Assembly: GCA_035389185.1 (NCBI GenBank)
Contig: DAOORK010000001.1
Location: forward strand, 1,006-65,005
Reading direction: 5' to 3'
Length of the DNA stretch: 64,000 bases
DNA from: Candidatus Woesebacteria bacterium
Lineage (GTDB): Bacteria > Patescibacteriota > Microgenomatia > UBA1400 > MFAQ01
In this document: one piece after another, positions 9,261 to 18,969 of the stretch
How the letters are laid out: every line of letters begins with the position of its first letter
Position numbering within the stretch: position 1 is the stretch's first letter
Program-made: the position numbers and the translations under genes
Notes under the pieces: generated by a model
The model's input: only the letters and a program-made list of their open reading frames with translations
Database searches by the model: none
What the model was told of the DNA's origin: nothing

Positions 9261-11643
9261 AATCAAACTTTCGGTACAGGTTAAGATAATACTTTCTTTG
9301 TTGATTGTGGTATTCTTTTTGGCCAGTGTTACGGTGGTAGTGGTGAAAAATAGGGTCGAGGATTCCATGTTAAACACAAAAAAAGAGACAATAGACTTGG
9401 CTGTACAGCAGCAAGCGGAGCAGATCGACATTGTTTTGAATGAAAGCAAGAGGGTCGCTGAGCAGGTACCTGGGATTCCCGGTATCTCCGATTATCTGAA
9501 TAATGACAATAGGCAAAATCAAGACACGAAAACACTGCGTATTTTGACCGATTTTATTGAAGGCCGACAGGTGGAGAGTATTAGTTTGCTCGATACTCAG
9601 GGAGTGGTGGTGCTTTCAACCGATGATTTGTTTTTGGAGAAAGAACTTGGTCACCGAAGCTACTTTCTATCTGCACTGTCTGGAGTGCCAGCGACAGAGA
9701 TGTTGATTGATATTGTGTCTAAGGAACCTGGAATTGTTTTTTCTGCCCCGGTGAAAGACAAAATGGGGAAAGTGATTGGAGTATCAATTGTAAAGGCGGA
9801 TATCCAGCCAGTTTATGAAACTTTAATTGACAGTTACATCGATCGGTTGGGTAAGTTTATGTTGGTAAATGACGATGGAGTGGTCGTTTTTGCAAATAAA
9901 GAAAACGCTCTATACAAGAGTTTGGGTGTAATGGGAGAGGAAATAAAGAAAATGATACAAAATGAAGATCGCTATTCGGGAAAGGAGATTGAGTCTTTAG
10001 ATTATGATGAAGCGCAAAGATCGGTGGAAAGTGGGGCTGAGAGTGCGCCGATATACGAGTTTTTTGATGAGGATGATGGTGTGTCCGAATACATAAAAAT
10101 GGTAAGAGTCGGCGATTCGCCCCTTTATTTGATCTCCGAGGTGGAGTCTGGAACAGTAACCGATGTGGTTAATTCTTTGGTTACTTCGGTAATCGTAACG
10201 ATTTTGTCAATTTTATTTGTTGGAGTGGTAGTGCAGATATTCCTTTTGAGGAGGGTCTTAAAACCTTTGTTTACTTTGAATAAATATGCTTTAAGTGTGA
10301 GTGGGGGAAACTTTAATGAGACTTTGACGGTGAAAACGAGTGATGAGCTGGAAACACTTGCCGAAAGCATAAAAAAGATGGTGTCAACGATTAAGGATTT
10401 TTACTCCGGACTTGAAGAAAAAGTGAAAGAGAAAACAGCTGAGTTAGAAAAGACCTTGGAGCAGATAGAAGCCAAAAATATCGATTTGGAAAATACTAAG
10501 AAAGCTGTTTTGAACGTAATGGAAGATTTAAACGAAGAAAAAGACAGGATTTTTTACGAAAAGAATAGGATTGAAACAATTTTGAAATCTATTGGCGATG
10601 GTGTTTTTGTGACAGATGGTGAGGGCAAAATTACAATTATCAATAAGGCGGCAGAGGAAATTACCGGACATCGCTTGGTAGACAGTGTGGGGAAGTATTA
10701 CTCAACGATCTTTAAATTTGGAATTGAGGGTCATCCAGAAATTAAATATCGAGATTTTGTGAAAGAAGTTTTGGAGACGGGAAGTCAAATTACTCTGGAT
10801 AAGCATTCCGTGATACTGGACAAAAAAGGTAACGAGATACCGATTTTGGATAGTGCCGCTCCTGTAAAAGACGTTGATGGCAAAACATATGGCTGTGTAA
10901 CGGTTTTTAGAGATAACACTCGAGAAAGAGAACTAGAGAGAAGTAAAGACGACTTTTTGTCGGTAACGTCACATCAACTCAGAACTCCTTTGGGAAGTAT
11001 GCGTTGGAATGTGGAGATGCTATTGGCCGGAGACTCCGGAAAATTGCCCGATGAGGCTTTGGAGTTGGCGACTCAGATTCACGAAGGAAACTTAAGAATG
11101 ATTAACTTGGTTAATGACCTTCTGAACGTGAACCGTATTGACCAAGGAAGAGTGATGGATGAACCGGTGAAGACGGATTTGGCAGTGATAATTAAAGAGG
11201 CGGTAAAAGAGCTTAATTACGAGGCAGATCGACGAAAGATAAAGATAAACATGGACTTGGAAAAGATAGACGGGATAGTGATTGATCCGAAACGTTTCCG
11301 CGAAGTGATAACGAATTTGATTTCCAATGCCGTTAAATACAATCGAGTCGGTGGCTGGGTTAAGATAACTCTTAATCAAGAAAAAAAATGGATCCAGATG
11401 ATAATTGAAGACAATGGGGTGGGTATTCCCAAAAAAGATGCTGCCAGTATTTTTAGAAAGTTTTTCCGAGCTAGTAATGCGGTTCAATCGGAAACTGAAG
11501 GCTCCGGTCTGGGACTATATGTAGTCAAAAAGTTTGTTGAGGGATGGGGTGGTAAGATTGAGTTGTCGAGTAAAGAAGGAAAGGGGAGCAAGTTTACGAT
11601 TTACTTACCATTAAAAATAAATAAAACAAATACAGATGAATAA
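9247..11643 (+). CDS. sensor histidine kinase (Cache-HAMP-PAS-HisKA-HATPase)
   Basis: SHQLRTPL, NLISNAVKY, DNGVGI and GSGLGL boxes. Confidence 0.95.
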   Translation: MSGNRIKLSVQVKIILSLLIVVFFLASVTVVVVKNRVEDSMLNTKKETIDLAVQQQAEQIDIVLNESKRVAEQVPGIPGISDYLNNDNRQNQDTKTLRILTDFIEGRQVESISLLDTQGVVVLSTDDLFLEKELGHRSYFLSALSGVPATEMLIDIVSKEPGIVFSAPVKDKMGKVIGVSIVKADIQPVYETLIDSYIDRLGKFMLVNDDGVVVFANKENALYKSLGVMGEEIKKMIQNEDRYSGKEIESLDYDEAQRSVESGAESAPIYEFFDEDDGVSEYIKMVRVGDSPLYLISEVESGTVTDVVNSLVTSVIVTILSILFVGVVVQIFLLRRVLKPLFTLNKYALSVSGGNFNETLTVKTSDELETLAESIKKMVSTIKDFYSGLEEKVKEKTAELEKTLEQIEAKNIDLENTKKAVLNVMEDLNEEKDRIFYEKNRIETILKSIGDGVFVTDGEGKITIINKAAEEITGHRLVDSVGKYYSTIFKFGIEGHPEIKYRDFVKEVLETGSQITLDKHSVILDKKGNEIPILDSAAPVKDVDGKTYGCVTVFRDNTRERELERSKDDFLSVTSHQLRTPLGSMRWNVEMLLAGDSGKLPDEALELATQIHEGNLRMINLVNDLLNVNRIDQGRVMDEPVKTDLAVIIKEAVKELNYEADRRKIKINMDLEKIDGIVIDPKRFREVITNLISNAVKYNRVGGWVKITLNQEKKWIQMIIEDNGVGIPKKDAASIFRKFFRASNAVQSETEGSGLGLYVVKKFVEGWGGKIELSSKEGKGSKFTIYLPLKINKTNTDE

Positions 11644-12007
11644 ACCGGTTATTTTGGTGGCGGAAGATGATTCTTTGTACGCCAAGGTTTATCAAAACAA
11701 ACTGTCTAAAGAGGGCTATGAAGTGGTGATTGCCGGAAATGGCAAGGAGGCGGTGGAAAAGGCAGAACAGCTAAAACCAAAGTTAATTTTAATGGATCTA
11801 ATTATGCCGGTGATGGATGGTTTTAGTGCTCTGAAGAAGCTAAAAGAAAATCAGAAAACAAAAGGTATTAAGGTCGTAGTGATGTCTAATTTAGGCCAGG
11901 ACTCGGATATTCAGAAAGCGAAAGATTTGGGTGCTGAGGAGTATTTTGTAAAGGCAAATATCTCAATACAGGAACTGGTAGAGAAGGTGAAAGTATATTT
12001 AGTGTAA
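11636..12007 (+). CDS. single-domain response regulator (receiver)
   Basis: AEDD, DLIMPVMDG and YFVK motifs. Confidence 0.93.
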   Translation: MNKPVILVAEDDSLYAKVYQNKLSKEGYEVVIAGNGKEAVEKAEQLKPKLILMDLIMPVMDGFSALKKLKENQKTKGIKVVVMSNLGQDSDIQKAKDLGAEEYFVKANISIQELVEKVKVYLV

Positions 12008-12095
12008 TAAAGAATACAATTTCCTATTTGACAGAGGCTCGGATTTAGTTTACAGTGGTTTTAGTGGTTTGTAATAATCTTTACAATTTTTACAA

Positions 12096-12320
12096 ATGAA
12101 GAAAAATATTTCGGTAAAAGAAGCAGCAAAGAGACTGGGCTATTCGAGAAATAGTATTTATACATTTCTAAGGCAAGGATTGATTCGATCGGTACGTATT
12201 AGAAATGGTAAGTTTCGAATTCCTGAAGAGGAAATCGATCAGTTTCAAAAGGTGAAAAGTAGCCAGTCCGGAGGACTTGGCCAAGAAAGAAATAAAAGAT
12301 TTGGTGGAGAAGATAGGTAA
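12096..12320 (+). CDS. excisionase-like HTH DNA-binding domain (possibly the 5' fragment of a split gene)
   Basis: SVKEAAKRLGYSRNSIY..IRSVRI..FRIP. Confidence 0.7.
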   Translation: MKKNISVKEAAKRLGYSRNSIYTFLRQGLIRSVRIRNGKFRIPEEEIDQFQKVKSSQSGGLGQERNKRFGGEDR

Positions 12321-12837
12321 GTTGGTAATATTACCAGCAGACGAAGAGCCGGTCTTGGCGACGGTTACGGATAAGGAGAAGCTCAAAGACCAACCTCTCT
12401 TTGCCAAGGCGGAGAACGGAGACAAAATCCTTATTTATGCAAAAGCGCAGAAAGCATATATCTACAATCCGACAAAAAATGTGATTGTTGATGTAGTGCC
12501 GGTAAATGTTGGGGATGGAGTAATTTCGATCACCGGTGTGGACGCGAATAATCCTTTAAAAATTGCTTTAATAAACGGGTCGAAGACGGTTGGAGCGACA
12601 TCAATATTGGAACAGAGAATCGAAGATAGAAAAATTGTCGGACTTTCGGTGACGACGAAATCAACAGCAAAGACAACAGATTATCAAAAAACATTAGTTA
12701 TTGATTTAACGGGAAAGTGGGGAAGTCAGGCAACTCAGTTAGCTCAGCTTGTGGGGGGTCAGGTAGCCACACAGTCGTCAGAGATTATTCCGAGTAATAC
12801 AGATTTGATGGTTATTTTGGGAGCGGATTTCAAGTAA
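12277..12837 (+). CDS. LytR C-terminal-domain protein (possibly the 3' fragment)
   Basis: LINGS...GA and DLMVILGADF; lacks the expected N-terminal TM. Confidence 0.6.
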   Translation: MAKKEIKDLVEKIGKLVILPADEEPVLATVTDKEKLKDQPLFAKAENGDKILIYAKAQKAYIYNPTKNVIVDVVPVNVGDGVISITGVDANNPLKIALINGSKTVGATSILEQRIEDRKIVGLSVTTKSTAKTTDYQKTLVIDLTGKWGSQATQLAQLVGGQVATQSSEIIPSNTDLMVILGADFK

Positions 12838-12879
12838 ATTGTTATAAAAAAGCCCCGTGTTTATTTGCGGGGCGTGTTA

Positions 12880-13641
12880 TTAGTGAATCTCGATCATGTA
12901 GTTACTGTTAGGCCGTATTTCCTGAGGAAGAAGAAGAAGAGGATCGATACCTTTGAACTTAAGGAGATTGACCAGCATTTCGCGATATTCGGTAGTGACC
13001 GAATCACCGGAAATAGTGAATGAAAACACCTGATCATCGAGAGAAAGAGAAAGATTGTCCAAGGAACACCAGATGCTGTCCGAACCGTTGATAGTTTTAC
13101 AGTATTCGGGGGCGGCGATGTAGGTCACCTGAAAGTCTTCCAGGTTGTCGAAGCAGTTCTTACCATAGGGCGCATCTTCGAACGGATAGCTGGGGAATGT
13201 GTATACGCCATCCACCTGTTCGACGAGATACAGTCTGTCTCCAACAAGATAGTGCATACATGTTTGTTCATTGGAGTAGTTTGAAGAAACGTCTGGGTTT
13301 TGGCTCCAGCGGATAGATAAAAGTTCTACGCCTGAGCTGAACTGGCTTCGGTATGTTTCATCAGGGTATCCGGATAGGTCATTCAAGCTGATCCAGGTGC
13401 TATATCCGTTTGTGACTAGATGTGCATCTATCGTGTTGGAATCGGGTAAGGCGTAGTCGTTTCTTCCTGTGATCTGGGAAACATCGGGATCGATGGAGTA
13501 GGTGAAGCTGATGGGAATCGATCGATAGCTAATAACCTCAGTCAATTCCGGATTTTTCTGGTCATTTTCGCTGGAGCAGGCACAAAGAGAGAGGCAGATG
13601 GCGACCAGGACCAAGATAACGATAATACGTTTTGTGTTCAA
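12880..13641 (-). CDS. putative lipoprotein
   Basis: Signal peptide with LCAC lipobox; TTG start after AAGGAG. Confidence 0.72.
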   Translation of the reverse strand: MNTKRIIVILVLVAICLSLCACSSENDQKNPELTEVISYRSIPISFTYSIDPDVSQITGRNDYALPDSNTIDAHLVTNGYSTWISLNDLSGYPDETYRSQFSSGVELLSIRWSQNPDVSSNYSNEQTCMHYLVGDRLYLVEQVDGVYTFPSYPFEDAPYGKNCFDNLEDFQVTYIAAPEYCKTINGSDSIWCSLDNLSLSLDDQVFSFTISGDSVTTEYREMLVNLLKFKGIDPLLLLPQEIRPNSNYMIEIH

Positions 13642-13764
13642 GATGGACTCCTTATGGAACAAAAGTTTGGGATATTTTAGAGAACGTCCTATATAATATC
13701 AGTTTGGGTATAAAAAGTCAACTCTTGGTGCGCGAAACACAAGAATAAGTTAAAATACAGTATC

Positions 13765-13838
13765 GCCGCCTTAGCTCAGTTGGTTAGAGCACCAATTTTG
13801 TAAATTGGGGGTCCTGAGTTCGAATCTCAGAGGCGGCT
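13765..13838 (+). tRNA. tRNA-Thr(TGT)
   Basis: Cloverleaf, CCAAT-TT-TGT-AA-ATTGG, T-loop GTTCGAATC. Confidence 0.95.
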
Positions 13839-13888
13839 CAGCATTGTAGTGGTTCAAATGTGCTTCTTAAGGTAAAATATATCCTGTT

Positions 13889-13961
13889 GCCGTCATAGCT
13901 CAGCTGGTAGAGCGCGTTCTTGGTAAGAACGAGGTATTGGGTTCGACCCCCAATGACGGCT
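13889..13961 (+). tRNA. tRNA-Thr(GGT)
   Basis: Cloverleaf, CGTTC-TT-GGT-AA-GAACG. Confidence 0.95.
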
Positions 13962-13990
13962 CCCTGTTTTTTGAATATAATAGGAAGTAT

Positions 13991-14073
13991 GCCAAGGTGG
14001 TAGAGTGGTCAAATACTCGGGTCTGTAAAACCCGCGGCGCAAGCCTACACAAGTTCGAATCTTGTCCTTGGCA
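13991..14073 (+). tRNA. tRNA-Tyr(GTA)
   Basis: Cloverleaf with long variable arm, CGGGT-CT-GTA-AA-ACCCG. Confidence 0.95.
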
Positions 14074-14129
14074 CTAAATTAAAGCTCGCCCTTGCGGCGA
14101 GCTTTTAATTTTAATTCTATGGCAAGATG

Positions 14130-14272
14130 GGAACTTGTAAAGTTCGCATTCTGAGCATCATAATCAAGCAACGCGGATTATGAGCCTGAATTAAGAGGAA
14201 GCGGACTGAAGCCGGAAAAAATAACGAAGTTATTCCGGCGCAAGGAGCAAGCTCTTCTATTGTCCTTGGCAC
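14130..14272 (+). repeat. structured repeat family 2 copy ending in a 13-bp duplicate of the tRNA-Tyr 3' end
   Basis: AAGAGGAAGC...GAGCAAGCTCTT core; TTGTCCTTGGCAC at 14062-14074 and 14260-14272. Confidence 0.75.
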
Positions 14273-14311
14273 AATAGAAAATGCCCCACAATCTAGTGGG
14301 TTATTTTTAAT

Positions 14312-14516
14312 GCCAAGGAAACCCCGCACAATGCTGGGTCTGTGCGGGGATGAATTGGAAGAGACACCACATCGCGATAGCGATGCTGTGTCTGGTAGCA
14401 TGAGAAGACAAAGTCGATCGAAATATTGATTGTCTATCTCAATCTAGGATTTGGATTCTCATGAAATACCACCCGGAAACCCCGCACAATGCTGGGTCTG
14501 TGCGGGGAGGACGTCA
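14312..14516 (+). mobile_element. non-autonomous IS200/IS605-type element (PATE/MITE-like)
   Basis: Identical 34-bp hairpins at 14317-14350 and 14475-14508, followed by TGAATTGG (left) and GGACGTCA (right), typical of IS605-type ends; no transposase. Confidence 0.7.
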
Positions 14517-14533
14517 TTATATCAAGGCCAAAA

Positions 14534-15694
14534 TTACATAGTGGAGAACCCGGGTGACTTGTAGAGAATATTGCCACCTTCGGCGTTTAACTGCATGACC
14601 AGAGGAGAGCTTGTCAGCCCATTATTGTAAACAGAAACTTGCCATAGAATACCGCTTCCTGTTTTGATGTACTGGGCTTTGATAGGAGATGAAGCACAGG
14701 TAGCTGGAGCTGAGCACTGCGAGTAAGTAATTTTAAGGATTTTGTCGAGGTCAATTCCAAGCTTGTTGGTTAGAACAGCGTCGTTTAATGAAGGAATATT
14801 GTCGTCTGGGGTGACGTAGATTTGTTTGTCGACGAGCTGGGGATTACCGGTGCCGGAGATAGCGACATAGAAGTATTTTTTGGTAGTGAGATCTTCACGG
14901 AAAAAATATTTGGTTACGGCCGATGCGGTGCTTTCGGCACTATCTACCTTGATAAGAATTAGCTGAGCGTTGGGTGAGCGATTGATAGCTACTTTGAGAG
15001 CTGAAGCCGCATTGGCTAGAGGCAGGAGATTGTTGCGTGAGAGTATCAAAGGAGTAGGGGTGGCTGAGAGAGTAGCACTTTTGGTTGCTTGCAGACTATC
15101 TGTTGGGGTAGGCACTTCGTAGATTGTAGATGTTGGAGTCGGCGTTAGGGATGTCTGCTGTTTTTCGAGAGTTTGAGTGATCTCTTGAAGCTGAGATTTT
15201 AGGTTGGCTGCTTGTTGAGATAGATAGGCGGAGTAGGCGAGGCCAATACCGGCAACGATTAAGAGAACAAGAATAATCACAATGGGAGCTGAAGACTTTT
15301 TCTTCGGGGCTTCTGCCGCTTGTGGTTCTTGAGGGGGCAAGGGTGCGGCTTGGGCTTCTTGAGGTACCGGTTCGGAAGCGAGTGTTTCTGAGGGTTTTTG
15401 GGCTTCAATAAGATTTTCGTTGGCTTCGACGAGCTTTTCCGATTCGTTGATGAGGTTAGTTGAAGGAGTAGGTATTTCTTCTTGGGGAAGAGGTGATTGA
15501 GGTTCAGTGTAGGTAGGAATAACTTCCGGGGTTTCTTCAAACGAGGGTTCTTGAGGGGGCACCGGTTCTGGTGGAGTGGTGGATTGAGCTGGCGGTGTTG
15601 GAAGCGAGTCTGTTTGTGACGCTGAAGATGGATCAGATGAGTTATCTGAAGGTGTGGATGGCAAAGGAAATGTTCCAAGATCATCGTTGGGCAT
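14534..15694 (-). CDS. single-TM protein with long P/E/S/T-rich disordered N-terminus
   Basis: Low-complexity N-terminus, TM, Thr/Pro linker, globular C-terminus; leaderless start at 15694. Confidence 0.8.
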   Translation of the reverse strand: MPNDDLGTFPLPSTPSDNSSDPSSASQTDSLPTPPAQSTTPPEPVPPQEPSFEETPEVIPTYTEPQSPLPQEEIPTPSTNLINESEKLVEANENLIEAQKPSETLASEPVPQEAQAAPLPPQEPQAAEAPKKKSSAPIVIILVLLIVAGIGLAYSAYLSQQAANLKSQLQEITQTLEKQQTSLTPTPTSTIYEVPTPTDSLQATKSATLSATPTPLILSRNNLLPLANAASALKVAINRSPNAQLILIKVDSAESTASAVTKYFFREDLTTKKYFYVAISGTGNPQLVDKQIYVTPDDNIPSLNDAVLTNKLGIDLDKILKITYSQCSAPATCASSPIKAQYIKTGSGILWQVSVYNNGLTSSPLVMQLNAEGGNILYKSPGFSTM

Positions 15695-15773
15695 ATGTTT
15701 AGTATGGCAAAAAGAGATGGATGTGTCAAGGTAAGGCAATAAAAAACCTGGAGTTTCCTCCAGGTTTGTAAAA

Positions 15774-17255
15774 TCAGTTTTTAAAAGCTTCAGCAATTTG
15801 TTCGGCGAGAGAGTTGATCTTTTTCTTTGTTTCCTCGTTGTAGATATAGTTATTACTATTCCACCGATCGCCAGATGGCTGAGAGATTTCTATGGTGAAG
15901 GTGGGATTGTCTCGTTTACGAGAACCATCCTCGTTCCTACCTTCATAGAGCTCACCAGTGAGGATACCGTCATCGACGACTTGCCAGGTGTCCTTATGGA
16001 CATTGTCTTTATATTGAAAACGACTTTTAACACGGCCAGGGGCCAAAGTGACGACGAACCCTTCTTCTTCGTAGATTACAGGAGGATTAAAACTGCCGTA
16101 TGCATCTTTGGGATTATCGATGAAGTATTGAGCGAGGTTTTCACCATAGAGAAGCGTGTGGAGAACGGGGTCGAGAGTCCGAATAATGTCTTCGAAATCA
16201 AAGATAAAGTTCAGGTCGTTTAGCGGTTTGGTTTGGACCCTTACGTCAACTCGGACCAGAGCTCTAGATATATTCAGAGCTTTAGCTAGATCTGCCTCGG
16301 GTTTGTCACCAACATAGGCGGCGCAAAATCTTAAAAGATAGAGATCTTCTGTTCGATTGAGAACATCGATGTAAACGGTGGTCTTAAAAAAGACACCCTG
16401 CCCATCGTAATCATAATCTCTATTCCATGAATCGCTGTTCTTAAGATGCTCGCTTGCTTCTTTGAGCATGCGATCGACAAACGAATTCGGATCTTGTTTA
16501 CTCTGGAACATTAACAGTAGACCGGCGCCCATGATTCCTTGACTGCTAGCGACGGATCTCAACTGCTCGTCTTGGGTAGCGTTTGAACTGTCTGGGATAC
16601 CTGATGAGTACAAACGGAGGGCGGCGCAAACATTTTCCCAACCTTTGATGGGTATACCACTTTCGCATTTATCAATGGTGACCTCGGTGAATTGCTCTTT
16701 GTTGATGTTCTCAACCGAAGATTTGTGTTTGGGTGAAATGAGAATCGAAAGATCGGTGAAGATGTTGTCAGCTTTTTCAAAGCCAGGCCAGTTATCAAGG
16801 TTTTTCCAGTTGATGAAAGTTCCGTGGAACCCCAAGTTTTTGAGTGCGGAATGAGCTTCTTTGGCCTGTTGTTCTGAAGTGATCATGGGAAGCATTCCCT
16901 GTATGTGGGAGGAGAGCGTATCAAGCGAAGACAGAATAGTCTGCCTTTCTTTTTGGTTGTAGCCGATCCAGCCGACCCAGGTGTTTGAGACAGAGTATCC
17001 AAATCGGCGTCGCAGTTCTTGACGAAAAGCGTCGTAGAAAGGTGACTCTTTTATGCCGTTTAAAAATATGCCATGAAAAGCATAACTGGAAGCGGCGGCG
17101 TCGGAGCAACCATGCTCACTGCCCACAATAGCACATTGAGCTTTACTGTAATTTCGAGAGTAAAAATAGGCAGCCAGTGAGAGCTCGTTAACAAGAAACT
17201 TGATTTTTTTGTCCGAAAAGGACTTGATGTGTTTCGAAATTGATTGCTGGTGCAT
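15774..17255 (-). CDS. hypothetical protein
   Basis: 493-aa ORF with AAGGAGG. Confidence 0.78.
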   Translation of the reverse strand: MHQQSISKHIKSFSDKKIKFLVNELSLAAYFYSRNYSKAQCAIVGSEHGCSDAAASSYAFHGIFLNGIKESPFYDAFRQELRRRFGYSVSNTWVGWIGYNQKERQTILSSLDTLSSHIQGMLPMITSEQQAKEAHSALKNLGFHGTFINWKNLDNWPGFEKADNIFTDLSILISPKHKSSVENINKEQFTEVTIDKCESGIPIKGWENVCAALRLYSSGIPDSSNATQDEQLRSVASSQGIMGAGLLLMFQSKQDPNSFVDRMLKEASEHLKNSDSWNRDYDYDGQGVFFKTTVYIDVLNRTEDLYLLRFCAAYVGDKPEADLAKALNISRALVRVDVRVQTKPLNDLNFIFDFEDIIRTLDPVLHTLLYGENLAQYFIDNPKDAYGSFNPPVIYEEEGFVVTLAPGRVKSRFQYKDNVHKDTWQVVDDGILTGELYEGRNEDGSRKRDNPTFTIEISQPSGDRWNSNNYIYNEETKKKINSLAEQIAEAFKN

Positions 17256-17320
17256 TTAAAGTGCCTCCTTAGAAATAGGATAGGAAAGATGGCGAATTGT
17301 AACTTTTATGGGATAAAAAG

Positions 17321-17953
17321 TCAAGAAAGGAGATAGTTGTGGGGAGTTTTTTTGATTTTGATTTTGAGTTTTGCCTGGCGAAGAAGTCTTTGGAGATAGG
17401 GTCTGGTAAAGGCGAAACAGAAACGAGGTTTGCCTTGGAAAGGAATATAGACAAAGTGTGTATTTTGGAGTTTGGTTCTGAGGTCAAAGTGATATCTAAG
17501 ATATTTGGTTTGCCAGAGATTCCAGACGGTAATGAGGATGCGCCCTTTTGGTTTGAGGTGTTTTTTGATTTGTTCCAAGACAAACAACTGGTCCTTTTTT
17601 GTTGGCAGGTGGTGAAGAACAGCAACGCAGGCAATATAGTCGTACTGAGGAAGATGTTTCCAGATGGTTTCTTTGGTGATATCGGTTTCTAAAAACTTTT
17701 GATCGGGATGGGCCTTTTCGGCTTCTTTTATGAGTTCTCGGCTAATGTCCAGACCGGTATATTTGATATTTTTGGGGAGACCGAGAAGGAGCCTGCCATT
17801 GCCACAACCGACATCCAAAATAGAGGAACCAGGTTTGACTTTGGAAAGAAAAGGTTTTAGATCTGGCCAGATGTACTGTCGTGAGGCGGAAAACTCGGGA
17901 CTAATAATGTTGTAGATTTTTTTAACCGATTCGATGTGTTTTTCCGAAGGCAT
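17321..17953 (-). CDS. class I SAM methyltransferase, Trm9/ALKBH8-like
   Basis: VKKIYNIISPEFSASR..WP, LDVGCGNGR, AVLHHL and LITVW. Confidence 0.8.
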   Translation of the reverse strand: MPSEKHIESVKKIYNIISPEFSASRQYIWPDLKPFLSKVKPGSSILDVGCGNGRLLLGLPKNIKYTGLDISRELIKEAEKAHPDQKFLETDITKETIWKHLPQYDYIACVAVLHHLPTKKDQLFVLEQIKKHLKPKGRILITVWNLWQTKYLRYHFDLRTKLQNTHFVYIPFQGKPRFCFAFTRPYLQRLLRQAKLKIKIKKTPHNYLLS

Positions 17954-18026
17954 AAATCATTTTAGCAGGGCTAAGATATAATATATGGGATCGGTTCTTT
18001 AATTTATGATTTTGGAGGTGAGAAAT

Positions 18027-18809
18027 ATGAAAATAGATCAAATTTTTGGTCTTGAAGATAAAACGGTAATGATTACCGGCGCTTCTTCCGGTATCGGAAG
18101 AGCGACAGCCAAGCTTTTTTCCGAGTGCGGTTGTAAAGTGTCGCTTGTAGACATTAATATGCAGGGAATGATCGATACGGCCGAGCAACTGGCTCAGCCA
18201 ACCAAGCATGAAACATCTTTGGTTGATCTGAGTAAGAAGGAAAGCATCGACGGTCTTTGGGGTAATCTGAAAGAAACTCCCGATATTCTGGTGAACAATG
18301 CCGGAAGTTATCCTTCACAGGATTTTCTCAAAATGACCGAAGAAGAGTACCAAAAAACAGTTGATGTAAACCTGAACTCGATGGTTTGGATGTGTCGGCA
18401 GTTTATTGCCCGGCGGAAGAAAATGGGTGGGGTGATCGTGAATGTAGGTTCGATCGAAGCGATTTTGCCCTTTAAAAAACATTTGGTTCCTTACAGTGTG
18501 AGTAAGGCAGCGGTGATCGCCTTGACTCGGTCACTGGCCAGGGACTACGGCAGGGCGGGAATTCGAGCCAATGTGGTGTTGCCGGGGGCAATTATGACTC
18601 CGGGAACCATGTCACAGGTTTGGAACGGATTATTCCACGCTCGTGTCGATCTCATGCGTACGGCTGATGTTTTTTCATCTCGTTTGGCTCTCGGGCGATG
18701 GGGAAAACCGGAAGAAGTGGCCAAAGTAATTGTGTTTTTGGCCAGTGATATGGCCAGCTACATCCAGGGAGCACTGATTCCTGTAGATGGTGGATTTTTA
18801 TCATCGTAA
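18027..18809 (+). CDS. SDR family oxidoreductase
   Basis: TGASSGIG, NNAG, YxxSK and VDGG motifs; SD GGAGGTG. Confidence 0.92.
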   Translation: MKIDQIFGLEDKTVMITGASSGIGRATAKLFSECGCKVSLVDINMQGMIDTAEQLAQPTKHETSLVDLSKKESIDGLWGNLKETPDILVNNAGSYPSQDFLKMTEEEYQKTVDVNLNSMVWMCRQFIARRKKMGGVIVNVGSIEAILPFKKHLVPYSVSKAAVIALTRSLARDYGRAGIRANVVLPGAIMTPGTMSQVWNGLFHARVDLMRTADVFSSRLALGRWGKPEEVAKVIVFLASDMASYIQGALIPVDGGFLSS

Positions 18810-18969
18810 ACCTTGGCGGTCGAAAGACCGCCTTTTTTGTGCCAAAATACTTAGATTATGTTTGTTAAAATATCGACATATCTTGTCCTATATACTTGTA
18901 ATTGAGTTATATTTGTGATAGTATCGCGGTGATTTTGTTTTCGTACTTTAACTTGGAAAGAGGTGACTC

